A DNA stretch of 43,831 bases from Craspedostauros australis (taxonomy: Eukaryota). Made by a program: the position numbers and the translations under genes. Each line of letters opens with the position of its first letter. Within the stretch, counting starts at the first letter, position 1. Location of the stretch: positions 1 to 43,831 of the forward strand of contig JALAGF010000837.1 of assembly GCA_030167865.1 (NCBI GenBank). The letters run 5' to 3'. Below, piece after piece: positions 1-10,987 of this stretch. A model generated the notes under the pieces. It had not been told where the DNA came from. It searched no databases and saw only the letters and a list, made by a program, of their open reading frames with translations.

Positions 1-509
1 ACGATTCTGCAGCTCCAGTATTATCGTAGCCTCTTCAGGCTGTTCCTCTCATATTGCTCAGAAAGAGCGACGAGTCAGTGATAAACCAAACTCTCCTACT
101 GGGAAAAGGCATGGAATTAGAAGTAAACAACGGATTATGAGCTCAAGGCACGAGCCATTTACCTCTCATGTGGTCTCTACTCTGCTGCGTACGATTCAGC
201 TGCAAGTGCCCAGTCTAACGCTCAAATAACCGGTAATAACGTCCGTATCTGCTTGCGCTCACGCACGCACCTTCTCTCGCTCTGCCTCTCTTGGTGGATC
301 GTCGCCGTCCAGATCTCAAGTGGGACTTTGAGTGTCTCTGCCCAGATACTTGCGACAGCTCAATCCGGAAACACAACACCAAAACGGAGGGATCCAGCAA
401 CGCGCAGACACCCATGACGGCAACAAGCAAGAGGCGATTGCAAAGAACGCAAACGAAGACAGCATCAGTCGCAACAGAGCAGAAAGGAGAGGTTTCACGA
501 TCATTCACC

Positions 510-1863
510 ATGACCAAGACAATCAACACCTTTGGGAGAATAAGGAGCACATCATGCTTCGCCGCTCTCGGTCTCTTGTTTGTGTACGCACAGCAGGCGC
601 AGGCATGGAGCAGTGGCAGCGGCAATGGGAACGGCAATGGGAACCGCCCAGCGCTGAATCGACGAAAGGCCTTTCGCAATATTGTCGCCGTTGCGACGAC
701 TGCGGCGGCACCGGCCTCATGGCTGACGCCAACCTCGGCGCAGGCCGTCGACGTTGCCGCAAATAGCGATGCCAAGAAGCTGTTCAACGAAGGACGGGCG
801 TTGGAATCGCAGGGCAACATCGCGGCTGCCCAGCGCCTCTACTCGAAGGTCACCAAGATCAACCCCGATTTCATCTACGGATGGAGCAACCTGGGCAACA
901 CGCAGGTGGTTCTGGGGGATTTGCCATCGGCCGACAACAACTACTCCAAGGCCATTCGGTTGTGCCAGGAGAGCTTGGACTCCTCGGAGGCTGCGTTTGG
1001 CGTGAAGCGGTGCAGCGACCTCTACGTGCTCCTGCTGAACCGAGGCACCGTGCGTCTCAACAGCGGCATGTACGCCGAGGCGTTGGGAGATCTGGAACGC
1101 GCCAGCGCCCTTCGGGAACGTCCGGATGCCATCGTGGCGCAAAACTTGGCGCGTGCCCGCGAGGTGAATGGCTACTACAACCAGGCTGACAAGGATTACG
1201 CGTTGGCGATCTCCATGACCGCCAACGAAGTGAGCCCGTTCTGGCTGCGAGCGGCCATCGTGAAGCTGCAATTGGGCGATGTGGATGGTGGATTCAACCT
1301 CTTCAAGCGCGTTGAGATCCGTTTCCCAGAAGCACCGGAAGGTACGTGACATTGTGTCATGTTTGTGTTGTGTCACATGCGTGTTCATTGATGTACATTT
1401 CGCGGCGCTCGCTTCTCTCATTGCGCATATGGGTGGTCATTGCTCGTATATTACATCACTACACAAGCAATGTGACCATCCAGTCGATGCACGACGTAGA
1501 CTCACAAATCAACCAACCAACTGCCTGATTGCTCACGATTGCGTCTGCGATACTTGTACTTGTCGCGGCACGAAATACGCACGTACACGTAATCCAATGC
1601 GCACGCCTCCACATCTATCTTTGCGTTCATGCTTGAACTCCTGCTGGTGCACAGTCAGGGCAGCATACGCCGTGTTCCTGGATGCCAAGGGCGACACGTT
1701 AGCAGCAAGACGGAAGTTCCTGGAGATCCCTGACCGTCAGCGTTTGAAGTTCAGCGATACAGAATATCTGAACAAGGTTGTGAGTTGGCCGCCGGCTGCT
1801 ATCAATCGAATTTTGGACATCGCTGCGTTGGTGGGTGATGCGAAGACTACCTCTTTAGTTTGA
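510..1863 (+). CDS. Plastid-targeted (probably thylakoid-lumen) TPR protein, 2 exons, ~346 aa
   Basis: Exons 510-1341 and 1655-1863; the GTACGT...ACAG intron 1342-1654 joins FPEAPE-V-RAAYAVFL in frame. TPR-like helices (WSNLGNTQVVLGDLPSADNNYSKAI; LLNRGTVRL..G.Y.EALGDLERA) and a C-terminal WPP as in cyanobacterial/plastid TPR proteins. Leader: signal peptide ending AQA-W, then RR + hydrophobic + AQA. An alternative in-frame ATG exists at 414. Confidence 0.8.
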
Positions 1864-2483
1864 TCCCATTACCCGTCGAGAGGCATGTCGGAGTAGGTAA
1901 GAGCAGCCGAATAAGGACTGGATGGACATCGAGAGAAATGAACATGCGCCAATTAATTCACCCAAATGGGTATTATCATCAATGCTGTTATTCACCGCAA
2001 TTTCTCATTCATGTCTTTCCGTCGCCCAGCCCAATGAGGAGGAAGAAATATGTACCATGATAGTCAATGCATGAGTTGGAGATGTACGAGCTATTGTTCT
2101 GGCGGCACTGCCAACGGTGCTCTCCCGAACTACAGACTGGCCAAGCGCCAGCAAAGTGCGCAGTTTGATTTTGAAACAACAGTTTTTCGGAAGCGAAGGG
2201 AATTTTTGAGGACGACTTTTCCTCTCTTTATATTCATTTACCGCAACTTTGAGAGCAATGAAAGAACTTAAACTTCCACATCCTGATTTGCCGCAAGCCC
2301 CATTTCATTTGTTTGGTTGGAAGAGATGTTTCTTCTTTCGTCAGTCGTTGCCCATGCGCGCACGCGCACATCCACCCATGCTACCAAGCACGAGTATGGG
2401 ACTCACGCATCCATCCACCATCTATTCATTCGTGCTCCTGTGAGCGCGATGCAGATACCTCCACCGACACGCAAAAGACCGCA

Positions 2484-3050
2484 ATGTGGAAAGCCTTCCA
2501 AAGACAAGCGCCGTCGCTATCATCCAGCATCAAACGGCACACAGTCCATCGCACGCTCCCAACCCACCCGCTGCACTTGTTTCGCATCATCCAGGATGTG
2601 GATCAGTACCAGAACTTCATCCCCTACTGCATCCAATCCACCGTTCTTCGAACTCATCCTGATGGGCGCACGTTCGACGGCAAGCTGATCATCGGGTATC
2701 CATCGCTGTTCTTCACCGAAGAGTACGTTTCACGAGTGCAGGTGAACCCCGAATCAATGACTATCACAGCGAACAGCATCGAGAGCCATCTGTTCGATTC
2801 TCTATCCAGCAAATGGGCATTGGAAGGCGTCCAAGGACCCCAGGACGACGGCGAGGACTTGCAGTGCGAGGTACATTTCGAGGTTGCGATTCATGTCTCG
2901 AATCCCATCATATCACGAGCGCTCGATGCGGCGTTGCCCAAGATTGCCGAAGATCAAGTGAAGGCCTTTGCCAAGAGATGTCAGCAAATCGAGTATCCTC
3001 CAGGCTTGGTCGGTACGAGGATGCATGAGACAGCTGCACTGCGGCAATGA
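2484..3050 (+). CDS. COQ10: Coenzyme Q-binding protein COQ10-like (START/polyketide cyclase fold), 188 aa
   Basis: First in-frame ATG at 2484 of ORF 2313-3050. Motifs LFRIIQDVDQYQNFIPYC, L.IGY...EEYVSRV, LFDSLSSKW, VKAFAKRC; short basic/Ser-rich N-terminus consistent with a mitochondrial presequence. Confidence 0.85.
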   Translation: MWKAFQRQAPSLSSSIKRHTVHRTLPTHPLHLFRIIQDVDQYQNFIPYCIQSTVLRTHPDGRTFDGKLIIGYPSLFFTEEYVSRVQVNPESMTITANSIESHLFDSLSSKWALEGVQGPQDDGEDLQCEVHFEVAIHVSNPIISRALDAALPKIAEDQVKAFAKRCQQIEYPPGLVGTRMHETAALRQ

Positions 3051-3299
3051 TGGCAGCTGCAATGCTTGCACTGGAAAAGACGAAGGAACAACACCCCAAC
3101 AACATATCATACGTAATGTGAACGACACAACCACGACGGCGTATCTTCTGCTTCAATTCCGAGTAGTCTATCAATGCAATGCAATGCCATGTGATCATGC
3201 CATACCATGCTGTCCTAATATGCTCCACAAGCACCACAGGAGTAGCGTCTACACAAGCAGGAGCACCAACGTTCATGCAAAATTCTGATGGGATCTTTT

Positions 3300-5573
3300 T
3301 CATTGCCTGTCACAGATCGGAACGATCAATTGCTCCTGCAGCTCAATGTTGGCGGTGTACTTCCCCTTCAGATCCTTCAGGAAGGCCATGTACATCTTGT
3401 CCATCTGCGCATGCAAATTGGAGCCTTGCTGGTCCTTCCATTCCTCCTTGATGTTGGATTCCAAGTGTGGATTGTGCACGACGAAGCCTTGCGGCAAGAT
3501 TCGGAACTGATAGCCCATGACTCGCAGGTGCGAGACCAATTCGATTTTGTTTTTGCCGTATCCGTGGAATCGTTCATCATAGTACGGTGTACGAACTGAC
3601 GCCGACGCTGAAACTGACGTTGGTGTAGATCCACACCATGGAACGACGAGGTATGGTTCGTACCGTGCCGTGTGAAAGCACGGGATGACGCGAAGCTCCT
3701 GAGATTCGCCTTGGTACCACTCTTTCTTCAGCCAACTGGCCGAATTGGTCGTGGAATGTCCTTCCCAGTTGTTGGAACTCTGGAAAATGGCGCACTCTTT
3801 GTCGTCGACGCAGTTCTTCAGCTCGTCGAAGGTTTGTGGCAAGAAGGCACTGTTTGACTTGAGGTATGATTCGCATTCCGTGTTGGATTGACATGGCTTT
3901 GGAGGAATGCGCTCGAATGCCGGGACGACGACCGTGGTTCGAGTGGGGATGTGGTGATCTTCGCCGCCCTGCTGATTTTCGCCATTCGGCAAGGTTGGAA
4001 GAACCGCTGCGATCAAGTCATACAGATCATTGGAGGGCACCAGATCCACATCGACGACGAGAACATGCGACGTTGCCACTCGGTCTAGACCGACGTTGCG
4101 CAAACGATTGATGGGGTAGTGCTTGGCTGCAGATTCCTCCGGCGTTCCCTGATAATGGACGAATCTTGCGTTTGGACAAATGGATTCGTCGGCCATGTGT
4201 TGAATGTCATCCTTCGCGGTGACAGTCTTTTCATACGGTATGAACACGACGACGACGATCGGGCCGCCCCATCGTTGGCATGTCTCCTCGAGGATCCATA
4301 ATCGGCTCAAGGTTGTCTGTATCACCATTGTTGTCTGGAAGTTTTGCTTCGATGTTGCAACTGTGGCAGTGGCAGGAGCAGGACAAGAGGAACGCTCATC
4401 GCGGATGTGCAAGTTATCTCGTTGCAGACTCCGGTGCTTGAGATCATGCCCGATCACCACAGATATCCGGGTATGGTTGTTGTACACGTCACGATATTGC
4501 TGCTGCTGCTGTGTTTTGCGTTGCTGATCTTTTGATTGGCCGTTGGCACCATCTATGTGAGCACCTTGGGATGACACCGATGAACCAGCTGTGCTGTCGT
4601 CGTTGCGATGGTACCATTCGGGAACGATTGCCTCGAGTATGCTGGAGCGTCTGGAGAATAGCGAGGTGGGGTCATTGGTGCCTCGGTGTCGATGCATCGC
4701 CGACAATGCTCTCGCAGCAGCCACTTCGATGGCCTCGCCTTGCTGTTTGAGGATGGACGGCACATGGATGTCTTTCTCATGGTGCAGCCAATCGCTGGTG
4801 AGCTGATGATGGCGCTCTCTGGTGAGAGTCTTGCCAATGTCCAGAAGGTAGTTGACCGTCGGCAGGAGGATGTGATAGATGAGCACGTAGATGGTGACAA
4901 GGATTGTGATGGTCTTGCGAACCGGCGAGCTGAGGAAGACTCGATACCACAACGTGCGGCGTCGCATGTGCCGTCGTTTCTTGTCTTTGCCAGGATAGAA
5001 GTTGCCGCCCATGAGGAAGCTGTTGCAGGTATTGGATCTGGCATGGTTCGTGCTGTTCGCAGGGAACGAGGTGGTTCGGTGATGGCCCCTCATCATCGAG
5101 CTGGAGTTGGGTTTCGACGGAGATGGAGCTGCGCTGAACGTGGTGGGCAGGAGCGTATCGCTCGCGTTTCCAATCCTGCGTGGATCCCCCCGTTGCAACG
5201 ACCGCGAGATTGTGTTCTTCGCGGATCTCATGTAGGAACCGACGCTCGTCAGCAGACCGTGGGAGGCGGCATGCCTTGACGAAGAGTTGCCGTGATCGTT
5301 CATCGCCGAAAGCGAGGAGGGCACGGACGAAGACATGGCAGCCGATGCTGGCATCGACGTTGGGATTGATGCTGTGGATGATGTCGAGGCCTGTCGCTGG
5401 GGCTTCTCGGAGTCATGCCTTCGGGATCTGGGCCGGGATTGCGACTGCGACTGCGACTGTGATATCGACTTTGACATTGATTTTGACATTGGCTTTGATT
5501 GCGGTTGAAGCTGCTGCTGCCGCTGCTCCGGTTGCGGGGAGGCCTTCCGACGTCGATGTGGTAAAAGCGGCAT
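3300..5573 (-). CDS. Glycosyltransferase family 49 (LARGE/B4GAT1-like), type II membrane protein, 757 aa
   Basis: Motifs YPINRLRNVG, VDVDLVP (DxD), VVPAFE, YEPY, YDERFHGYGKNK, FVVH.PH. One TM segment (ITILVTIYVLIYHILL) after a basic stretch. The start codon is uncertain (several upstream in-frame ATGs). Confidence 0.85.
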   Translation of the reverse strand: MPLLPHRRRKASPQPEQRQQQLQPQSKPMSKSMSKSISQSQSQSQSRPRSRRHDSEKPQRQASTSSTASIPTSMPASAAMSSSVPSSLSAMNDHGNSSSRHAASHGLLTSVGSYMRSAKNTISRSLQRGDPRRIGNASDTLLPTTFSAAPSPSKPNSSSMMRGHHRTTSFPANSTNHARSNTCNSFLMGGNFYPGKDKKRRHMRRRTLWYRVFLSSPVRKTITILVTIYVLIYHILLPTVNYLLDIGKTLTRERHHQLTSDWLHHEKDIHVPSILKQQGEAIEVAAARALSAMHRHRGTNDPTSLFSRRSSILEAIVPEWYHRNDDSTAGSSVSSQGAHIDGANGQSKDQQRKTQQQQQYRDVYNNHTRISVVIGHDLKHRSLQRDNLHIRDERSSCPAPATATVATSKQNFQTTMVIQTTLSRLWILEETCQRWGGPIVVVVFIPYEKTVTAKDDIQHMADESICPNARFVHYQGTPEESAAKHYPINRLRNVGLDRVATSHVLVVDVDLVPSNDLYDLIAAVLPTLPNGENQQGGEDHHIPTRTTVVVPAFERIPPKPCQSNTECESYLKSNSAFLPQTFDELKNCVDDKECAIFQSSNNWEGHSTTNSASWLKKEWYQGESQELRVIPCFHTARYEPYLVVPWCGSTPTSVSASASVRTPYYDERFHGYGKNKIELVSHLRVMGYQFRILPQGFVVHNPHLESNIKEEWKDQQGSNLHAQMDKMYMAFLKDLKGKYTANIELQEQLIVPICDRQ

Positions 5574-6431
5574 CTTCCGGATCCTGGGATGGCGCCGACT
5601 GGTACGAGTATGATGCGGCGGAATGCAAGTGACTCCTCAGGCGGAACGCAAGTTCTCTTCGAGTCGTATTCGCACGAACACAGTCAAGCTGAGTGCAGTT
5701 GGATATTGTATATATAGTTCTACTGAGTATACTATATAATATAATAATATGCACCAGCAACCACGCCGTTCCAAGTCACTCAACGATAATCCTCTGTCAC
5801 AGGAACATGGATGAAGTTGTTGTTGTTGTTGATGCCGATAGAGATGCAAACGGTGGATTGGAATTGAATGGACTTTGTTGCGCTGGGCCCGTTCGTCGTC
5901 TCTCTCCTTTTCTCCCCTTTGTGCGCACATGCGTGTGTGTGTCTGTGTCGAAGCCGTCGTGTGGCCTCCAACCTGGCTGCCGAGAACAAGTACTCCACGA
6001 CTCAACTTTCTGCAGTCATGGTGGATCCATCCGTCTTGTTTCGCGATTGGATCAGTCGCGCTCTTTAGGCATGGCACGTTTGGAAACGATACAGTCGAAT
6101 CAACAGCCTCCCAACAAGCGCAAACGAATGTTGTCGATGCGACGAAATCCACGTCTGGGGGTGAAGCGATTTGGGTTCCGGTTTAGTCGAGTAGTTGTGT
6201 GGTCCCCACAACCGCAACACAACGACAATTCAACAGAGAGATGTGGAGAACTCTTCTCACAACACAACACAGAGCCAGCATCAACAACGAAAGCGACAGC
6301 AGCAGCAGCAGTACTATACCTCTTGATACCGTACGTACGAGTACGTTCGACATCACTCAACGTACAGCCAATCCCAAGTATTATAATATAACATTATAGT
6401 ATATCCTATAACACTTACATCATCCAGCATC

Positions 6432-9400
6432 ATGGGGAAGTCCACAGCCAAAGCCAAATCAAACGGCAAATCAAACGACAAGGATGCCAAAGATACCAAC
6501 GCTATCACAGACGCGAATGATGCCAGCCACACTGGTGATGCCAAGATGCCAGACAAAGGCAAGATCGGCAGTATGATCCCGTCGCCCATCACCCGATTGC
6601 GCAGCGAAGCCGTCTTCTATCCGAAATTCGACAACGAAAGTCGCACCAATCAGCTCATTCGCAAGGAGATGATGGAGAAAGTCAACGGTCATCTAGGATA
6701 CCTCGAGGTCACGCTCAAGCACTCAGGGTCGCTCATCCTGTGGAGCGGCGGTCAAAGATTCTACAGCAAGAATGCCATGGACAACGCGTTCTGCCATGTC
6801 GCCGAGATCCTCCTTCGCCAGCATTTCTTCCGTGCATGGAGAGATGATCATCCCGTGGCCGAGGCCGATGCCGATGCCAGTACAGACCCTTCTGCACTTC
6901 CGAGTGCAGACGCGAGCACGAGCGCAGATCAGCTGGAGCAACACTACCAAGAATGCAGCGAGTTTCTTGAGACGAACCGGCTCACGCTCGCTTTCGAGGT
7001 CGTCACGGCGGTGCTGGGCGACCATGGCGACATCCCGCACCGCGATTTCGTCATGCTCACGGCAATCGCCGACCGCGACGCCGAACGATTCTACTCCACG
7101 AATGAGGTCATCGAGTTTGCGCAGAGATTCCGATTGCCTCATAATGATACCTGGATGGTGTCCACTAGCGACGGTGCACATGCCCTCTTCAGGCTCTACG
7201 CATCGGCACAAGAGACGGGCACCGCCAACATCCTCGTCACGGCCTTGTCCGATAAGTCCATCAGCTCTGTGCATATTGCCAGCATGTACCCTCACCATGT
7301 CTTCCAGGGCGACATTCTCGAGGGCATTATCATTCGATACGTGCCATACACCGATGCATCAAAAGCAGATGCCGTTCACGCGAAACTCGATGCCTTGGCG
7401 GATACAGCCAACAGATACTTGCGGATGATCCCGCCCGATTTGCCACCGTGCTTCGCGAGCCTTCCCAACACCGTCAAGTCCGGTGTTCTCACCGTAGACA
7501 TCCGGAAGCTCCTTCATGAATCCGCCCCGTCCAAGGCAATCGGCGTGCCACCAGCCTTTGAAAAAAGTCTGAAGCAAGCATTGCAATCGTCCAATTCACA
7601 AGAGCCAAGACGAACAACGGACAAGCTCGGAACCAAACAAATCAACTTTGCCAAGCTCATCAAAGACCTTGCCACTGCACCAACATCCGATGCTGAAACC
7701 AAACGCATTGCCAACCTCGTCAACCTCTTGACAGCTCTCAAACGACCAGTCAATTACTCCATCGTCCAAGAAAAGGTCAGCAAGAGAACGGTTACGACCA
7801 ACGGCAATGACCAGCATGGCACCCACAAACATACTCGTAGGAGCGAGGCTGTATCCGAGCGATGGCTGTGCACAATTCATGTCTTGCACGATCAAACATT
7901 CTACAAATTCCAAAAGGAAAAAACGCCGCAGTGCATGCAACTCTTTCGAGGATTTTGCATCGAGTTTCAAAGTGCTGAAGCTCATTCCAACCATACCGGC
8001 ACCGACAGCAGTGGCGCAAGCGACGGCAACAACCTCAGCAGCCAGACTATCGTAAAGACTGGAAATCGCAAGTACGGCACTAACACAAATGCTGGCGATG
8101 ATGGGAGCAACATTCTCATGCTCAAAATGAAGCTCCTCCCGTACATGGTCCGAACATTTATTTGTCGCAACAATCTCCACCTCGTGACGCAAGAAGGACA
8201 GGGCCCTGAGGCCTTCCAGGGTGCGGCAAAGCGATTGATGACGCGGTGGGGAATCTCCAAGCCCTCCCAAAACAAATGGATGCCATTCTTTCGACAGTGG
8301 GCATACTACGCCCTCGCCCAGCTGCGGCAAAATGAGGCAAAGCGCAAGCCAAACAAGAAGCGAAAGTTGAAGAAGAAAGACAACGTCAACCACTCCCCAA
8401 ACGTTGATCGCACGTTGGGCATCAGCATCGTTAGCAGCATGGAAAACAACAACGGTGATGATGACAATGCAACCAGCGCGAACGATCAAGTGCAACTCCC
8501 CCCATTAACTTCCGGAGCGTACTTGAAGCACCTGATCCATTTCACCCACCTCTACGAACAAGGTCAGACTTTTGCCAAAGAGCCAAGCATGATCTTTCCA
8601 GGAATCGTCATCGTTGTCGCCTTGGAGGATGAGCTGGCAGCAGCCCACGCACGCGCACTTGGCAAGTGCATCAATGGCAATGCACAAATCATGCAATGCT
8701 CAGCGGCATCTAAGGAAGAGAAGAAGACCGGCGCCATTTGCCATACGACAGTCGCAGGTGCCAACAAGCAAGTCAAGAAGTTCCTCCGCAGCGTGAAAGA
8801 TTACAGCATCGTGATTCTTGTCGGTTGCGACAAGGCGACGATCCTACAGCAAGTCGGGAACACCAACGAAAGTAGGAAACTCCTGTCGCTGGCGTCCTTT
8901 TGGAAGGGCTTCAATCATGTCGAGGTTGCCGCCGCATCGATCGATGGCAGAAAGGATACTGATGCTCATACCGATATCGATGACGCTGGCACGCATGGTC
9001 AGCAGTACACCGACGGAGACCTCGTGAAGGTGCTCGTAGAGAAGATCCAAGCAGCGGCGCAGAATGCACCAGCGTCGGTTGAAGACGACGGGCAACCAAA
9101 CGGCGATTCTGGGATTACGGTGTTCATTCCAGGCATTCCAGGCTGCGGCAAATCAACGATGCTGCGTCCTGAAACGTTGTCCTTGCTGGAGAAAAGGTTG
9201 GCAGCAAACGAGGAAGATCGCAAAGTGAAGGTCCTCGTCGGGGATGATCTTGGCAAAAACTTTTGGAAGACGATGGAAAAGGAGGGCAAGAAGGCTGGGT
9301 CATCAGTCATCTTAGTTGACAAAAACATCCCGCCATCGGCGTGGGAGAATGTCGGAAAGCAATGCGGAATTTCCAACGGATACCCAGTCCCCGTCTTCCC

Positions 9401-10870
9401 CGATACTGCTGCGCTTGAGACGACGGTCTTCGAAGGTGCAAGGAATCCGAATGGATCTTTCCGCGATGGAGTTCCCCACTTCTACCCGTTCTCATTGCAC
9501 TACCTCGCCGTTTGCATGATGCGGGTATCCCAGCGCAAGCCATCCAGCCACCCTGGCAACCTGGACAGTGGCCTGTCTCATGCGTGCATGGTCGTTGCTC
9601 TCTTTTATTCTTTCTACCGTGATATTTCAGCAGACGAGATGCGTCATTCCCTACACTCAAAGCTTGTTCACACAGGGGCCTTGGACATGATGGATCCAAT
9701 CGTCCTCCCATTCTTCAGGTCGTCAAGTCTTCCGCCGATGCCAGAAGACCTGGAACAAGTCTTGACTGATGCCATCCAACTTCAGGTAAGTCAGCGATGA
9801 CTTTGCGAACGTGAAAGAAGTCCGTCCAGTGAGCCTCGCCTTGAGCACGGCATGATGCTTACGTACGTGTATCTACTCGTACCATACGAGTACGACAAGC
9901 ACCTGAACGCGCGTTCATCTTTCACCGTTCACCTCATCTCTCACGAACAATACGATTTGTATCCCTGACACATGGTTTCGCCACACCCATCCCTCCATTC
10001 TTCCCATCTCGGTCCCACTTGATCTTCCGGGGCAATGTCATGCTATTTCATCTCCTTGCGAACGCACGCTGTTGCGCTCCACAGTACGGCTATGATTTGA
10101 AAAGGCAACGAGTGAAAGAAAAGGATGCTCCGATCCAGGCGATGGAGAAGAAGCTCCGCAAGGCGATGGAGACCCATGCACCGTATATCTCCTCCCTCAC
10201 CGTATCGGAGACCACCGCACGAGACGCCTTCCTCGACCAATGCATCGCTCGTGTCAAGACTGTCTCTCATCCGAAGGGTGCTGCGGGTACTGATTTCTCA
10301 ATGCCGTCGGTGGACCAACCGAGGATCGCCATCTACGCCCGCATGAAGCTCGTCTCCATCGATATCCCCAAGGCTGCCATCCATGCAGCGTTGAAAGACA
10401 ACGATGACGAGGGTGTGACAGAATTCTTCAAGATGGTCTTCGGGAGCAAGCCGAAACCTGAGAACTTCGAAAAGATGCTGAAGAGGGACAGTCGTTTCAT
10501 CGGGAGCACGCACATCACCATGGCACACAAATCGCGCAGCACCCCTTCGCAAATGGTGGAAACGTTCTCTCACCTCAACGACGCGAGCATCCCAATCGTC
10601 CTCGCCTCGTTGCTTTGGAATTCACGCGTCGCTGCGTTTGCTGTAACACTTCCAAACACGCTGGAGGATGGGCGGACGGTTCCGCAATCCGAAAATGACT
10701 TTGCTCACTTGACGTTGTGGGCGAACAAGGGTGTGAAAGCATTTGAGGCCAACCAGTTGGACGGGCTCGTAGACACGAACAAGGCATCCCGAGTCACCCT
10801 CAGCAAAGAAATCCGATTGGAAGGCAAGCTCTCATTCTGGGGCGAGAACAACAAGCCGTTGCAGCTATAA
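6432..10870 (+). CDS. RNL: Plant-type trifunctional tRNA ligase (ligase + polynucleotide kinase + 2',3'-cyclic phosphodiesterase), 2 exons, ~1379 aa
   Basis: Exons 6432-9785 and 10085-10870 (phase-0 intron GTAAGT...ACAG, 9786-10084). Ligase: EVTLKHSGSL, FEVVTAVLGDHG, QGDILEGIIIR, LKMKLLPY..RTFI.RN. Kinase: PGIPGCGKS P-loop, VDKN.P, RVSQR...HPGNLD. CPD: two HxT motifs (HITM, HLTL). Confidence 0.9.
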
Positions 10871-10987
10871 ACTTGATGAATGAATTTCAACAGACTCTTG
10901 AATCGTTATGGTACCACGACGCGATCTGCAGATATTCTCGATCTACGAGCACTTGCGCAAGGCGGGGCGGCCATTTTGGTGTCGCCC

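Noticed and set aside
291-509. N-terminal extension of the TPR ORF
   Set aside because: GTG start; it would bury the signal peptide and is more likely 5' UTR.
10019-10870. Stand-alone 2H phosphodiesterase gene
   Set aside because: Splices in frame to the upstream ligase-kinase exon through a canonical intron.
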